Assembly: GCA_963555825.3 (NCBI GenBank)
Contig: CAUVXB020000001.1
Span: 288,001-352,000, forward strand
Length of the DNA stretch: 64,000 nt
Source of the DNA: Alphaproteobacteria bacterium
GTDB taxonomy: Bacteria; Pseudomonadota; Alphaproteobacteria; JAAXGF01
Direction: 5' to 3'
Positions 1-11,115 of this stretch are shown piece after piece. Position 1 is the first letter of the stretch; each line of letters begins with the position of its first letter. The translations under genes were made by a program, and so were the position numbers. The notes beneath the pieces were generated by a model, which ran no database searches, had not been told where the DNA came from, and saw only the letters and a list, made by a program, of their open reading frames with translations.

Positions 1-1500
1 TGATCAGGGCGCGGAAGGTCAGAACAGCCTGTCCGCCGACGATCCGCCAGCGCATGCCGGAGCGCTTCATGCGCTGTGTCACCAGGGTCTTGTTGGCAGC
101 TTCGACCACGCCTGAGCCGATGGCGATGCCCTCTTCCTTCAGGGCGTGGTAGCGCATGCGATGGCGATGCTTGCGGAAGAAGGCGAGTTCCCGCTCGGTC
201 TCGGCCCGGTCCGGCGCAGCGGCGGCATCGCGAAGGTGGCGCAGCGCCCGGATCACCTTGGCGACGCCACGGGGATCGTGACGGAGGATCTCGCGGTACT
301 TCTCGAACCAGCCGGGCGCCACGGCATGGTCGGACGCGGTTTGCAGATGTTCGCAAGCATGCCAGAAGTCGATCACCTCGGTTTCGGGCGACAGGGTCTC
401 CAGGAAGGTCCAGTTGTCGGCGGCGCCATCGGCGATAGCGACGATCCCGATCTCGGGGCGTGCTCGCCTGATGTGTGCGACTTCGCTTGCAAGCTGCGCC
501 TTCAGCGTGAGCTTGCCGCTCTCCGGCATGCGGCCGAGATAGAGGGTCTTCAGGCGCTTGCCCTCGGCGTCGTGGAAGGAGACCGTGCCGCAGGCAGCCT
601 CGCGCCAGGAGGCCTTGGCGCGACCGTCCTCGCCGGGTCTCAGCGGCACCATGACGCCGTCGAGGGAGACCGAGGCGGTGGTCGCGTCCTGCGGGTATGC
701 CCTCGGCCTCACGGATGCTGCCCAGCGTCTCCGGGCCGAGGCTCTCCCAGCATTCGTGCATGCTCAGGGTCAGGCGCTGCAGGGTGCTCACCGACGGCGT
801 CATGGCGCCGGTCTTCGCAAAGAACGCCGCCGCTTCCCGGGCCGTGCAGTGACCCATCATCAGCAGACCGAGCTCGGCCGCCGGCCGCGTCAGGTAATCG
901 TCGACGAGGCCCAGGCTCTCGTCGACCGGCACCGGCGATGCCCCGCTCGCGCCGCTGCGGTAACGCGCTCGCCGGTAGGTCACCGGACCGAGCGAGGTCA
1001 TGATCGTCTTCGGCGTCACCGCGACCCGGAACCAGCTCTGCCCGTCCCGCTCGATCCGGGAAGCGCCATCGTCCCGGTTCTCGATGACGGCGCCCATGAC
1101 ATCGCGAGCGAACTCGTTCGTGGCCTCACGCACCCGCAACTCGACCTCCTCGGGCGCCTCGGGGCGCGGCTCGGAACGAAGCTCCTCGCGACACAGTGCG
1201 AGCACCCGGGCGGCCGCCTCGACGACCCGAGGAGGCAGGCCGGAAAGATCGATGGACGAAGGCGCCGGAGGCGGGGATACTGCCATGGGAATGCTCCCGA
1301 TGTTGGGTTTCGAGACACGGCATCGTACCGCTTCTGGCGGTGCGGAGCGTTCCCACCTTCCCCTGCTCGACCCTGCCGTCGTGACAAAATCCTGCCTTGG
1401 AGCGGCCCATTGTCACGAATAGCCGATTTCGGCCGTTCGTCTCGACACAAAAAACGCACTAAATCAATGACTTAGATTTTCCATACCAGACCCACACCCC
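1..1500 (-). mobile_element. ISKra4-family IS, running off the window start; transposase ATG at 1286 with a frameshift near 693
   Basis: Minus-strand translation gives SVSLDGVMV, IADGAADNW, DFWHACEHL and IGSGVVEAANKTLVTQRMKRSGMRW; the N- and C-terminal parts are in different frames. Probable end GGGGTGTGGG at 1500. Confidence 0.75.
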
Positions 1501-1712
1501 ATCCATGCCCTAAACCGCGGCCCGCCCGGGTGACACAGGCCGGATGATGGGCCATGAGGGTCTTCGTGGAGGTTTTTATGCGGATCCGCATAAGATGTTG
1601 TGATAACAAGACCCAAGAGGCGCAACCGGCTGATTCTCAAGGGGGTTATCGTCGCCGTATCTGCCGTTTTGACGGTAGGTTATAGGGACTGAAAACCGGG
1701 TTCCCGCATCTT

Positions 1713-4072
1713 ATGCGGGCCCATCTAATCATTGTTAGATCTCACGGGACATTTCGAGACATGCCAGATGTAAATTTCGATGAGAAGCTCAAGCTAGTGG
1801 AGTTTGAGCTCCGAGCGCGAGTCGAATCGTACGTGTGGCAGCGTCTTTCGCGCCTAGGATGGACGTTGGGCATACTGGCGACGATTCTCGGTATTCTCGG
1901 CGTACCTACGGCGTTGAATCAAATTGAAGTATCGGTCGCAAGTGCCATCAAAGCGGAATTGAAAGAAGAAACCGAGGCACTGAAGGATCGAATTCAGAAG
2001 GATCTGGCGGGTCTCGCAATTGAGACTGAGAAGCTCCATCAAGAGGCGGAGAAAGGACGGACACTGCTGGCGCAGATCGCTTCTGACTCCGAGAAACTTC
2101 GTACCCTCCAGGAAAACTACGCCTCTCTTGAGCAGACGACCTCGGAACTCAGTGAGAGGATCAGGCAGACCCAGTTGGTGTCAGCGAAAGCAGCTAAGGA
2201 CACTGCTTCTCTCAAAAGCGACGTAACGGGCGCCGAGGGGATGTCCCGGTATTTGTTGAAACTTTGAATTAGGGTGGCGTTGCTTCCCCTGAGCCGTAGG
2301 CTCGGGGTGCTTAAACCAAGAAAGGAAGCAACACCATGAAGACGACTACCACATCCGCGACCGCGCTGGCCAGTGCGGCGAATGTTCACGCCCTTGTTAA
2401 AGAGGCCTTTGACGCGGTCGGGGCGAGCTTTGAGCGGTTCTGCCTGATGGCTGGCATTGAAAGCCTGACACAGATGCTGGGAGAAGACGTGGACACGCTT
2501 GCGGGTGGGCGATATGAGCACCGTCCAGACAAGCCTGGCTACCGATGGGGTCAGGCCAAGGCGCAGGTTGGGTTCCATGGGGGCAAGATCGAAGTTGATC
2601 GCCCGCGTGTCCGCAACAAGGCGACGGGTAAAGAGATGACGCTGCCGAGTTGGGAAGAGATTGCCGCTGGCGGCTTTCTCGATCAGTGGGCCGTGAACCT
2701 GATGGTGATGAACGTCGATTGTTCGGAGGCAGAAGCGCTGGATGGGGAAGTGCGACCCGACAATTTGGCCGGGCGGTGCGCCTGCCGGAAGCCCGGGTTC
2801 CGGCACAAGTTGGCAGCGGGCTTTCAAAGTCTGCGGTCTCACGTCGCTTCAAGGCCCTGACGCAGGCGCATTTCAATGATTGGATGGGGTCCGATCTGTC
2901 CGAGCACGACATCATTGCGATCCAGATCGACGGACTGCATCTGGACGATCGCCTATTGATGATCGGAGCCGTCGGCATTGACGTTTTGGGGGAAAAGCAC
3001 CCTCTGGGCGTCATTGAGGGGGCCACAGAGAACACCGCTACCGTGCAGGCCCTGCTCGATAACCTGATTGAGCGCGGCCTTGATCCGGAGGGCTGTTACC
3101 TCTTCATCGTGGACGGTGCCAAAGCGCTCACCAAGGCCATCCGGCGTACCTTCGGCGCAGACATCCCCATTCAGCGTTGCCAGATCCACAAGGCTCGCAA
3201 CATTACCGACAGGCTCGACCCGAAGCATCACGCAGCTGTGCGACGTGCTCTGAAGCAGGCATGGGAACTGGATGACGCCGACAAGGCTGAGCGCTTGATG
3301 CGCAATCTGGCGCGGAGGCTGGAGATGGAAGCGCCGGATGTGTCGAAATCGATCCTCGAAGGCATCGATGAAATCCTGACTGTCGTCAGACTTGGCCTTC
3401 CGTTGGAATTGCGGCGCTCACTGGCCAGTACCAACATCATTGAATCCATGAACAGCGTTATCCGCCGCGTCTGCCGAAATGTGAAGCGCTGGCGGGATGC
3501 AAAAATGGCCTTGCGCTGGACTTCCGCCGGGATGTTCGAAGCGCAGAAAGGCTTTCGCCGCATCAAAGCATACAAGCAACTGCCCATTCTCAAGCAAGCT
3601 CTCATCGATCACCGCGAAAAAGCCAAACTTGACCAGTTGAAGGACGCAGCATAACCTCCCATCAAGCAGCGCCGCTCAGGCGAGTTTCAACACAGACTGG
3701 GACATTCCCGGCGCCGAGGCAGAACCGGTTATTACAGAATGGAGCGGTAATGTCGCCGGTGATATGCTCGAAATTGGCGGCTCCAATTTTGGCGCGTCAC
3801 CCGGCAGGGTAACGATGTTCTGGATCGCTCACCCCTCGGCACCCTTCGTCCAGGATGATACGCTTTTCTCCGACGCGGTAGAGCTGGACGGGACAGACTC
3901 TGAAGTCTGGACGGATTCTGAAATTACGATACGTTACTCGGACGAAGTGAGAGAACGAGCAAGACAATGGGAAGCAGATCATGCCGGCGAGGAAACAAAT
4001 ATTATGGTAAGGATAACGACAGCCGACGGACGAAATGCTACCACGTCGGACCGACTTCCGGAGAGCCCCTAG
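1713..4072 (+). pseudogene. Membrane-anchored coiled-coil protein with C-terminal IPT/TIG-like domain, split by IS256
   Basis: Removing 2237-3709 and one 8-bp duplication joins ...KSDVTGAE|AEPVITEWSGNVAGDMLEIGGSNFGASPGRV...WTDSEIT in frame. TM segment LGWTLGILATILGILGV; the true start may be 1761. Confidence 0.75.
2237..3709 (+). mobile_element. IS256-family element; transposase 2336-3654 frameshifted by a 35-nt insertion
   Basis: Imperfect terminal IRs (GGGGATGTCCCGGTATTTGTTGAAACT / GGGAATGTCCCAGTCTGTGTTGAAACT), 8-bp duplication GGCGCCGA (2229-2236, 3710-3717), and motifs QIDG, IVDGAKAL, QRCQIHK, STNIIESMN. Confidence 0.92.
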
Positions 4073-4425
4073 GGTCAGTAGTTTAGCGTCGAATACTACA
4101 CCTATTCCGATCTAACTTCTGGCTGAAGCCGACGCCGTGCCCGCGCGGCTGAGCCACACGTTCGTCTTGCGAGCCTTCACGAACCGAGACTTGATTAGTT
4201 CCCGGTTGGCGGGGGGTACCAATAAGCTGAAGGTCCGCCTCGGGATTCGAAATCTCACGGCACTTCCGCATATGGCGAATCCCCGAAGCCGGGGCCACCG
4301 ACGAGTTGCTTCCGCTTTGCCCTCATGACCGGGTGTTCGGGTCCGCGCGGCATGTTTCGCGGATCAGATTTCAATCCGCGAGAGGCGACCCGTCGTCGCG
4401 GGCGGACGATGTCGATTGCTTCGCT

Positions 4426-6651
4426 TCAGCGCCGCGCCTTGCCTCGCCGCCCCTTGCCGCGGCCAGAACGCGGCGCCGGTCGGCGCGTCTTGCCGTCGGG
4501 TTCGCTGCCGCCCGAGATCAGCTCGAAGACCAGCCCGCCGGTGACGATCTCGGCCTCGCGCAGGCGCACCTCGACGGCGTCGCCCAGGCGCAGCACACGG
4601 TCGTCGCCGATCAGGCGCTGGTTGGCTTCGTCGTGGATGACGTCGCGCGCCAAGCTGCGCCTGGGCACGATGCCCTCGGCGCCGGTCTCGTCGAGCGCGA
4701 CGAACAGGCCGAAACGCGTGACGCCGACGATGCGGCCAGCGAACACGCCGCCGACGCGCTCGGCCATATAGGCCGCGGTGAAGCGCTCGACCGCGTCGCG
4801 CTCGGCGCCGGCGGCGCGGCGTTCTGTCACCGACAGATGTTCGCCAATCGCCTCGAAGCGGTCCTCGGCGCCCTCGGGCAGGCCGTCGGGACCGAGCTTT
4901 AAGCCGCCGATCATCGCGCGGTGGACCAGCAGGTCGGCGTAGCGCCGGATCGGCGAGGTGAAATGACTGTATCGCCTGAGACCGAGGCCGAAGTGGCCGA
5001 TGTTGCCCGGTTGGTAGGCGGCCTGCGACTGGCTGCGCAGGATCGCCAGATTGACGGCGGGGGCGTGCGGCAGATTCTCGACGCGGCGCAGCACCTCGGT
5101 GAAGTGGCTCGGGCTCGGCCGGTGGGTGTCGGCCAGGCGGTGGCCGAGGCTGGTCAGGAAGCCGCGCAGCTCGACCAGCTTCTCGGCGCTCGGCCGGTCG
5201 TGGACGCGGTACATGACCGGCGCGCGCAGCGCCTCGAGCGTCTCGGCGGCGGCGACGTTGGCGGCGATCATGAGTTCCTCGATCAACCGGTGGCTCATCA
5301 ACCGGGTCCGTGGCTTGATCTCGGCGACCTGGCCGTCGGCGTCGAGCACGATTTGGCGTTCGGGCAGATCGAGGTCGATCGTGCCGCGCTTCTCGCGCGC
5401 CCGGAGCAGCGCATCGAAGACGCCGTAGAGTGGCGCGATGACCGTCTCGACGAGCGCTGCGGTCGCCTCGTCGGGGTGGCCGTCATGCGCCGCCTGGACC
5501 TGTTGGTAGGTCAGGCGCGCCGCCGAGCGCATCAGGCCGCGCACCAAACGGTGGCGGGTTAGCGATCCGCCGCGGTCGATCCACAGGTGCATGGCGAGAC
5601 AGGGCCGCGGCTCGCCGGGCTTGAGCGAGCATAGCGTGTTCGACAATTCCTCGGGCAGCATCGGCACGACGCGGTCGGGCAGGTAGACCGAATTGCCACG
5701 CGCGAAGGCGGCGCGGTCGAGCGCGCTGCCCGGCCGCACGTAATGAGCGACGTCGGCGATCGCGACGATGGCGTGCCAGCCGCCTCGTCGTTCCGGGTCG
5801 GCCTGCGCCCAGACCGCGTCGTCGAAGTCGCGCGCGTCGGCGCCGTCGATGGTGACCAGGGGAATGTCGCGTATATCGTCGCGTCCGCCCGGCGTTTCGA
5901 CCGGCCGGGCGGCGGCCGCATCGGCCAGTGAGTCGGCCGGGAATTCGATCGGGATGTCGCGGCTGTGCAGTGCGATCAGGCCGATCGCGCGCGGGTCGCC
6001 GAGCGACGAGCCGAGCCGCTCGACGATCTTGCCCTGGGGCAGGCCGAGCCGGCCGCCGGGCAGCGCCTCGACGAGCACCAGCTCGCCCGGTTTGGCGCCG
6101 ATGGCATCGGTCATGGCGACGACGAACTCGGTCTTGACGCGGCGATCGGTCGGCTGCACCCGGCCTTCGCCGCCCTTGACGCGGTAGACGCCGAGCACGC
6201 GGCCCGTTTCGCGCGGCAGCCGGCGGATCGTGCGGCCCTCGTAGCGGTCGTTGCCCAGCTTGGTCAGCCGCGCGAGCACCCGATCGCCGATCGCGAGTCC
6301 GGATCGGCCGCGTTTCTCGGGCTGCATGATGACGTGCGGCGGTGCGCCTTCGCCGCGCCAGCCGACCGGCCGGGCGAGCGGCTCGCCATCGCCGTCGAGG
6401 CCGGTGATCTCGACGACGGATACCGGCGGCAGTCGCGACGTCGGGCTGAGCCGGCGGCCGCGGCCGCGATCGACCAGGCCATCGCGCTCGATCTCGCGCA
6501 GCATCTCCTTGAGCAACACGCGGTCGTTGCCGAGCAGGTTGAAGGCGCGCGCGATCTCGCGCTTGCCGACCGGGCCGGTGCTTTCTTCGATGAAGGCGAG
6601 CAGTTCGTCGCGGCTCGGCAGCTGCGTCAGCTTACGGAGCTTCTTAGCCAT
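4426..6651 (-). CDS. rnr: Ribonuclease R
   Basis: RNB motifs TIDGADARDFDDA and HFTSPIRRYADL, C-terminal S1 domain, basic tail; next to topA. Confidence 0.95.
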   Translation of the reverse strand: MAKKLRKLTQLPSRDELLAFIEESTGPVGKREIARAFNLLGNDRVLLKEMLREIERDGLVDRGRGRRLSPTSRLPPVSVVEITGLDGDGEPLARPVGWRGEGAPPHVIMQPEKRGRSGLAIGDRVLARLTKLGNDRYEGRTIRRLPRETGRVLGVYRVKGGEGRVQPTDRRVKTEFVVAMTDAIGAKPGELVLVEALPGGRLGLPQGKIVERLGSSLGDPRAIGLIALHSRDIPIEFPADSLADAAAARPVETPGGRDDIRDIPLVTIDGADARDFDDAVWAQADPERRGGWHAIVAIADVAHYVRPGSALDRAAFARGNSVYLPDRVVPMLPEELSNTLCSLKPGEPRPCLAMHLWIDRGGSLTRHRLVRGLMRSAARLTYQQVQAAHDGHPDEATAALVETVIAPLYGVFDALLRAREKRGTIDLDLPERQIVLDADGQVAEIKPRTRLMSHRLIEELMIAANVAAAETLEALRAPVMYRVHDRPSAEKLVELRGFLTSLGHRLADTHRPSPSHFTEVLRRVENLPHAPAVNLAILRSQSQAAYQPGNIGHFGLGLRRYSHFTSPIRRYADLLVHRAMIGGLKLGPDGLPEGAEDRFEAIGEHLSVTERRAAGAERDAVERFTAAYMAERVGGVFAGRIVGVTRFGLFVALDETGAEGIVPRRSLARDVIHDEANQRLIGDDRVLRLGDAVEVRLREAEIVTGGLVFELISGGSEPDGKTRRPAPRSGRGKGRRGKARR

Positions 6652-6675
6652 CGCCGCCCCGTGACCCCGCGCCGC

Positions 6676-9270
6676 TCATTCGTTGGGCGCGGCGCTCTTC
6701 GACCGTTTGCGCGCCGGGGCCTTCTTCTTGCCGCCCGAGGAGCGGCGCCGGCCGCTCGGCGCCTTGCCGCGCTCGGCGAGCTGGGCGACCGCCTCTTCGA
6801 GCGTGATCTTCTCGGCGTCGGCGTCCTTGGGCAGCGGCGCGTTGATGCCGTCGTGCTGCAGATAGGGTCCGTAGCGGCCCGACTTGACGGTGACCGGTTT
6901 GCCACCCGTCGGGTGTGGCCCGATCTCGCGCAGCGGCGCCCGCGCACCGCGGCCCTTGGCGCCCTCGGCGAGCAGCGCGACGGCGCGGTTGAGCCCGACG
7001 GTCATCAAGTCGTCGTCGGGCGGCAGCGAGACGAAGGCGTCGCCGTGCTTCAGATACGGCCCGCGCCGGCCGATGCCGGCGATGATCGGCTCGCCGGTCT
7101 CGGGATGCGCGCCGACGTTGCGCGGCAGTGCAAGCAGCGCGATCGCCACCTCGAGGTCGACGTCGTCGGGTGATTGGCCCTTGGGCAGCGACGAGCGTTT
7201 CGGCTTTTCGGCGCCCTTCTCGGCTTCGCCGAGCTGGACGTAATGACCGTACGGCCCCTTGCGCAGCGAGACCGCGAGGCCGGTCGCCGGGTCGTCGCCC
7301 AGCGCGCGTGGCCCATTGTCGGCGCCGTTGCCGCCGTTGGTGCCGCCGGCGAGCGGCCGCGTGAAGCGGCAGTCGGGGTAGTTGGCGCAGCCGACGAAGG
7401 CGCCGAACTTGCCGAGCTTGAGGCTGAGACGCCCGTCGGCGCAGGACGGGCAGGCGCGCGGGTCTTGGTCGGAGCCCTCTTCCGTGGCGAAGATGTGCGG
7501 TCCAAGAATATTGTCGAGCGCGTCGAGCACCTCGGCGACGCGCAGGTCGCCGATGTCGTCGACCGCGACCTTGAAGGCGGTCCAGAAGTCGCGCAGCACA
7601 TCCTTCCAGTCGAGCCGGCCGTTGGAAATCTCGTCGAGCTGGTCCTCGAGCTGAGCGGTGAAGTCGTACTCGACATAGCGGGCGAAAAAACTTTCCAGGA
7701 AGACGGTGACCAGCCGGCCGCGGTCCTCGGGCACGAAGCGCTTGTTGATCAGCTGCACGTAGTCGCGGTCCTGCAGCACCGTGATGATCGAGGCATAGGT
7801 CGAAGGCCGGCCAATGCCGAGTTCCTCGAGCCGCTTGACCAAGGTCGCTTCGGTGAAGCGCGGCAGCGGCTCGGTGAAATGCTGCGCCGGCTCGACGTCG
7901 TTTCGCGCTAGCCGCTCGCCCTCGTTGACGTTCGGCAGCACGCGGCCTTCCTCGTCGCCCTTGGTGGCGTCGTCGCGGCCCTCCCGATAGACCTTGAGAT
8001 AGCCGTCGAACGCAATCACGGACCCAGTCGCGCGCAGCACGACTTGGCGGTCGGGCGAGGCAATGTCGACGGCGACCTGATCGAGCACCGCCGGCATCAT
8101 CTGGCAGGCGACGGCGCGCTTCCAGATCAGCTCGTAGAGGCGGCGCTGGTCGTCGTCGAGAAGGCGCCCGATGTCGGCCGGTCGGCGGTCGAAGCCGGTC
8201 GGCCGGATCGCCTCGTGTGCCTCTTGGGCGTTCTTGGCGCGCGCGCGGAAGCGGCGCGCCTCGTCAGGCAGATAATCGGCGCCATAGTCGCGGCCGATCA
8301 TGGCGCGACAGGCGTTGAGAGCCTCGCCAGCCAGGTTGACGCTATCGGTCCGCATATAGGTGATAAGGCCCGTCGTCTCGCCGTTGAGCGAGACGCCCTC
8401 GTAGAGCCGCTGCGCCACCTGCATGGTGCGCTTGGCGCCGAAGCCGAGCTTGCGCGCCGCCTCCTGCTGCAGCGTCGAGGTGGTGAACGGCGGCGGCGGA
8501 TTGCGCCGCGCCTGCTTACGCTCGACCGTGGCGACGGCGAAGTCGCGGCCCTCGATGGCGGCGACCGCGGCCTCGGCGGCGGCCTGGTCGGGCAGGCCGA
8601 ACTTGTCGAGTTTATCGCCGTTCAAATGAGTCAGACGGGCGGTCAGCGGCGCGCCCGCTGGCGTGCCGAAATCCGCATCGACGGTCCAGTACTCGCGCGG
8701 CTTGAACGCCTCGATCTCGAGCTCGCGGTCGCAGATCAGGCGCAGCGCGACCGATTGTACGCGGCCCGCCGAGCGGCTGCCCGGCAGCTTGCGCCACAAG
8801 ACGGGCGACAGGGTGAAACCGACCAGGTAGTCGAGCGCGCGGCGCGCCTGCTGGGCGTTGACCAGATCCATGTCGATATCGCGCGGCGCGTCCATCGCCG
8901 CGCGGATCGCGTCGCGCGTAATTTCGTGGAATGCCACGCGCTTGACCTCGACGCCGTTGAGTGCCTTGCGCTGGGCGAGTTCCTCGACGACGTGCCACGA
9001 AATCGCCTCGCCCTCGCGGTCGGGGTCGGTGGCGAGAAAGAGCCGCTCGGATGCCTTGACCGCACGGGTGATGGCGGCCAGGTGCTTGGCCGCGCGTGGG
9101 TCGGTCTGGTAGATCACCGAGAAGCCGTCCTCGGGCTTGACCGAGCCGTCCTTGGCCGGCAGGTCGCGGACATGGCCATAGCTCGCCAGCACCGTGAAGC
9201 CCGGCCCGAGGTAGCGCTCGATCGTCCGCGCCTTGGCGGGAGACTCGACCACGACTACGTTTGCGGTCAT
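6676..9270 (-). CDS. topA: DNA topoisomerase I
   Basis: Toprim VVVESPAKA, LATDPDREGEAI, SAGRVQS, ITYMRTDS, Zn-finger and C-terminal repeats. Confidence 0.97.
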   Translation of the reverse strand: MTANVVVVESPAKARTIERYLGPGFTVLASYGHVRDLPAKDGSVKPEDGFSVIYQTDPRAAKHLAAITRAVKASERLFLATDPDREGEAISWHVVEELAQRKALNGVEVKRVAFHEITRDAIRAAMDAPRDIDMDLVNAQQARRALDYLVGFTLSPVLWRKLPGSRSAGRVQSVALRLICDRELEIEAFKPREYWTVDADFGTPAGAPLTARLTHLNGDKLDKFGLPDQAAAEAAVAAIEGRDFAVATVERKQARRNPPPPFTTSTLQQEAARKLGFGAKRTMQVAQRLYEGVSLNGETTGLITYMRTDSVNLAGEALNACRAMIGRDYGADYLPDEARRFRARAKNAQEAHEAIRPTGFDRRPADIGRLLDDDQRRLYELIWKRAVACQMMPAVLDQVAVDIASPDRQVVLRATGSVIAFDGYLKVYREGRDDATKGDEEGRVLPNVNEGERLARNDVEPAQHFTEPLPRFTEATLVKRLEELGIGRPSTYASIITVLQDRDYVQLINKRFVPEDRGRLVTVFLESFFARYVEYDFTAQLEDQLDEISNGRLDWKDVLRDFWTAFKVAVDDIGDLRVAEVLDALDNILGPHIFATEEGSDQDPRACPSCADGRLSLKLGKFGAFVGCANYPDCRFTRPLAGGTNGGNGADNGPRALGDDPATGLAVSLRKGPYGHYVQLGEAEKGAEKPKRSSLPKGQSPDDVDLEVAIALLALPRNVGAHPETGEPIIAGIGRRGPYLKHGDAFVSLPPDDDLMTVGLNRAVALLAEGAKGRGARAPLREIGPHPTGGKPVTVKSGRYGPYLQHDGINAPLPKDADAEKITLEEAVAQLAERGKAPSGRRRSSGGKKKAPARKRSKSAAPNE

Positions 9271-9303
9271 ATACTCAACTCAATCCTGATCAAAAATCTA
9301 TGC

Positions 9304-10437
9304 CTAAGGTTCTCTTAGAATTAAGGAAACCTGGCCACCTGAGTGGCGGTCGAGACGCCCTGCGAGTTCGAGCTCGAGGAGCACCGTCAATACCACGGAC
9401 GGTGTTACTTGGCATTGCCGGATGATTTCGTCAACCGTCACCGGCGTCGGACCGAGCTTTTCGAGCACATCGCGGCGCGCCGCATCCAGCGTCGCCTCGT
9501 CGACCGTCGCTTGCGGCGGCGTACCGAACACCGGGCCAGCGGGTTCGGCGACCGGGCGACCAAAACCGCTTTCCAGGACCTCGACGACATCGGCCGCGCT
9601 CTCGGTCAGGATGGCGCCTTGGCGGATCAGGTTGTTGCTGCCGCGGCAGCGCGGATCGAGCGGCGACCCGGGCACGGCGAACACGTCACGGCCCTGCTCG
9701 CCGGCGAGCTGGGCGGTGATCAACGAGCCCGAGCGCTGCGCTGCCTCGATCACCACGGTACCGAGCGCGACGCCCGCGATGACGCGGTTGCGGCGCGGGA
9801 AGTGGCGGCCCTGAGGTACGGTGCCGGGCGGCATTTCGGCGATGACGACGCCGCCCTCGGCGATGCGCGCGTGCAAATCCTCGTTCTCGGGCGGATAGAC
9901 GACATCGATGCTGCCGGCGACGACCGCGACCGTGCCGGTGGCAAGCGCGCCCTCGTGGGCGTTGGTGTCGATGCCGCGCGCCAACCCCGAGGCGACGACA
10001 TAGTCGGCGGCGCCGAGGTCGCCGGCGATCTGGCGGGCGAAACGGTTGCCACTCGCCGACGCGTTGCGCGCGCCGACGACGGCGACGATGCGCTTGTTCA
10101 GGAGATGACCGTGGCCGATCATCGAAAGCAGCGGCGGCGGATCGGCGATCGCGGCAAGCGGCCGCGGATAGTCGGGCTCGCCGAGCGCGATCAAGCGGGC
10201 GCCCGCCGCCCGCAAGGCGTCGACCTCGCGCTCGGCGGCGGCGCGCGAGCCAATGCGCAAGCTGCCCCGCCGGCCGCCGCGCCTGGCCAGATCGGGCAAG
10301 GCCCGGAGCGCGTCCTCGGCCGAGCCGAAGTGGCGCATCAGATCGAAGAAGGTGATCGGCCCAACGTTCTCACTACGGATCAGGCGCAACCAGGCGAGCC
10401 GCTCGGCGTCGGTCAGCTCGCGCCCTGTCTGAGCCAT
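9304..10437 (-). CDS. dprA: DNA-processing protein DprA
   Basis: VGARNAS, SGLARGID, FPRRNRVIAG, SGSLITA. Confidence 0.95.
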   Translation of the reverse strand: MAQTGRELTDAERLAWLRLIRSENVGPITFFDLMRHFGSAEDALRALPDLARRGGRRGSLRIGSRAAAEREVDALRAAGARLIALGEPDYPRPLAAIADPPPLLSMIGHGHLLNKRIVAVVGARNASASGNRFARQIAGDLGAADYVVASGLARGIDTNAHEGALATGTVAVVAGSIDVVYPPENEDLHARIAEGGVVIAEMPPGTVPQGRHFPRRNRVIAGVALGTVVIEAAQRSGSLITAQLAGEQGRDVFAVPGSPLDPRCRGSNNLIRQGAILTESAADVVEVLESGFGRPVAEPAGPVFGTPPQATVDEATLDAARRDVLEKLGPTPVTVDEIIRQCQVTPSVVLTVLLELELAGRLDRHSGGQVSLILREP

Positions 10438-10491
10438 TTACGAAACCTTTAGCAGAATATTAACGATAGGTAATCTCCCGATGAGAGATGA

Positions 10492-11112
10492 TCAACTCTT
10501 GCCAAATTTGATCCTGGGCTCTTCGCCCTTGACCAATCGCCGGATGTTGGCGGTGTGTCGGGCGATGACGATAACGGCCAGAAAGGCGACCAGCTCGACA
10601 CGCTGTACGTCGGCGAACCAATAGGCGTAAAACGGGCTGGCGGCGAGCGCCACGACGCCGGCGAGCGACGAGATGCGAAACACCAGCGCCGCCGCGAGCC
10701 AGGTCAGGCAGGCGGACACGCCGACCGGCCAAGCGATGGCAAGCAGCACGCCGAGCGTCGTCGCGACGCCCTTGCCGCCGTGAAACTTGAGCCACACCGG
10801 GAACAGATGGCCGATGACCGAGCAGGCCGCGGCGATCACCGCCATGTCGGGTCCGAACATCGGCCAGGCGACCAGCACGACGGCCGCGCCCTTGCCCGAA
10901 TCGAGGACCACCGTCAACGCGGCGAGCGGCTTGCTGCCGGTGCGCAGCACGTTGGTCGCGCCGATGTTGCCCGAGCCAATTTTGCGGATGTCGCCGTGGC
11001 CCGCCAGCCTGGTCAGCACCAGGCCGAACGGGATCGAGCCAATCAGATAGGCGATCACGCCGCCGAGGTAGAGCGGCCAGGTGTATTCCAATCCGCCGAG
11101 CGGGTCGGGCAT
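10492..11112 (-). CDS. plsY: Glycerol-3-phosphate acyltransferase PlsY
   Basis: YLIGSIPFG, GSGNIGATNVLR, FHGGKGVAT. Confidence 0.95.
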   Translation of the reverse strand: MPDPLGGLEYTWPLYLGGVIAYLIGSIPFGLVLTRLAGHGDIRKIGSGNIGATNVLRTGSKPLAALTVVLDSGKGAAVVLVAWPMFGPDMAVIAAACSVIGHLFPVWLKFHGGKGVATTLGVLLAIAWPVGVSACLTWLAAALVFRISSLAGVVALAASPFYAYWFADVQRVELVAFLAVIVIARHTANIRRLVKGEEPRIKFGKS

Positions 11113-11115
11113 GGC

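Noticed and set aside
146-1475. Long plus-strand ORFs (285 and 305 aa)
   Set aside because: Antisense shadows of the ISKra4 transposase.
4073-4425. Intergenic stretch downstream of rnr, possible small gene or ncRNA
   Set aside because: No recognisable motif, RBS-supported ORF or convincing structure.
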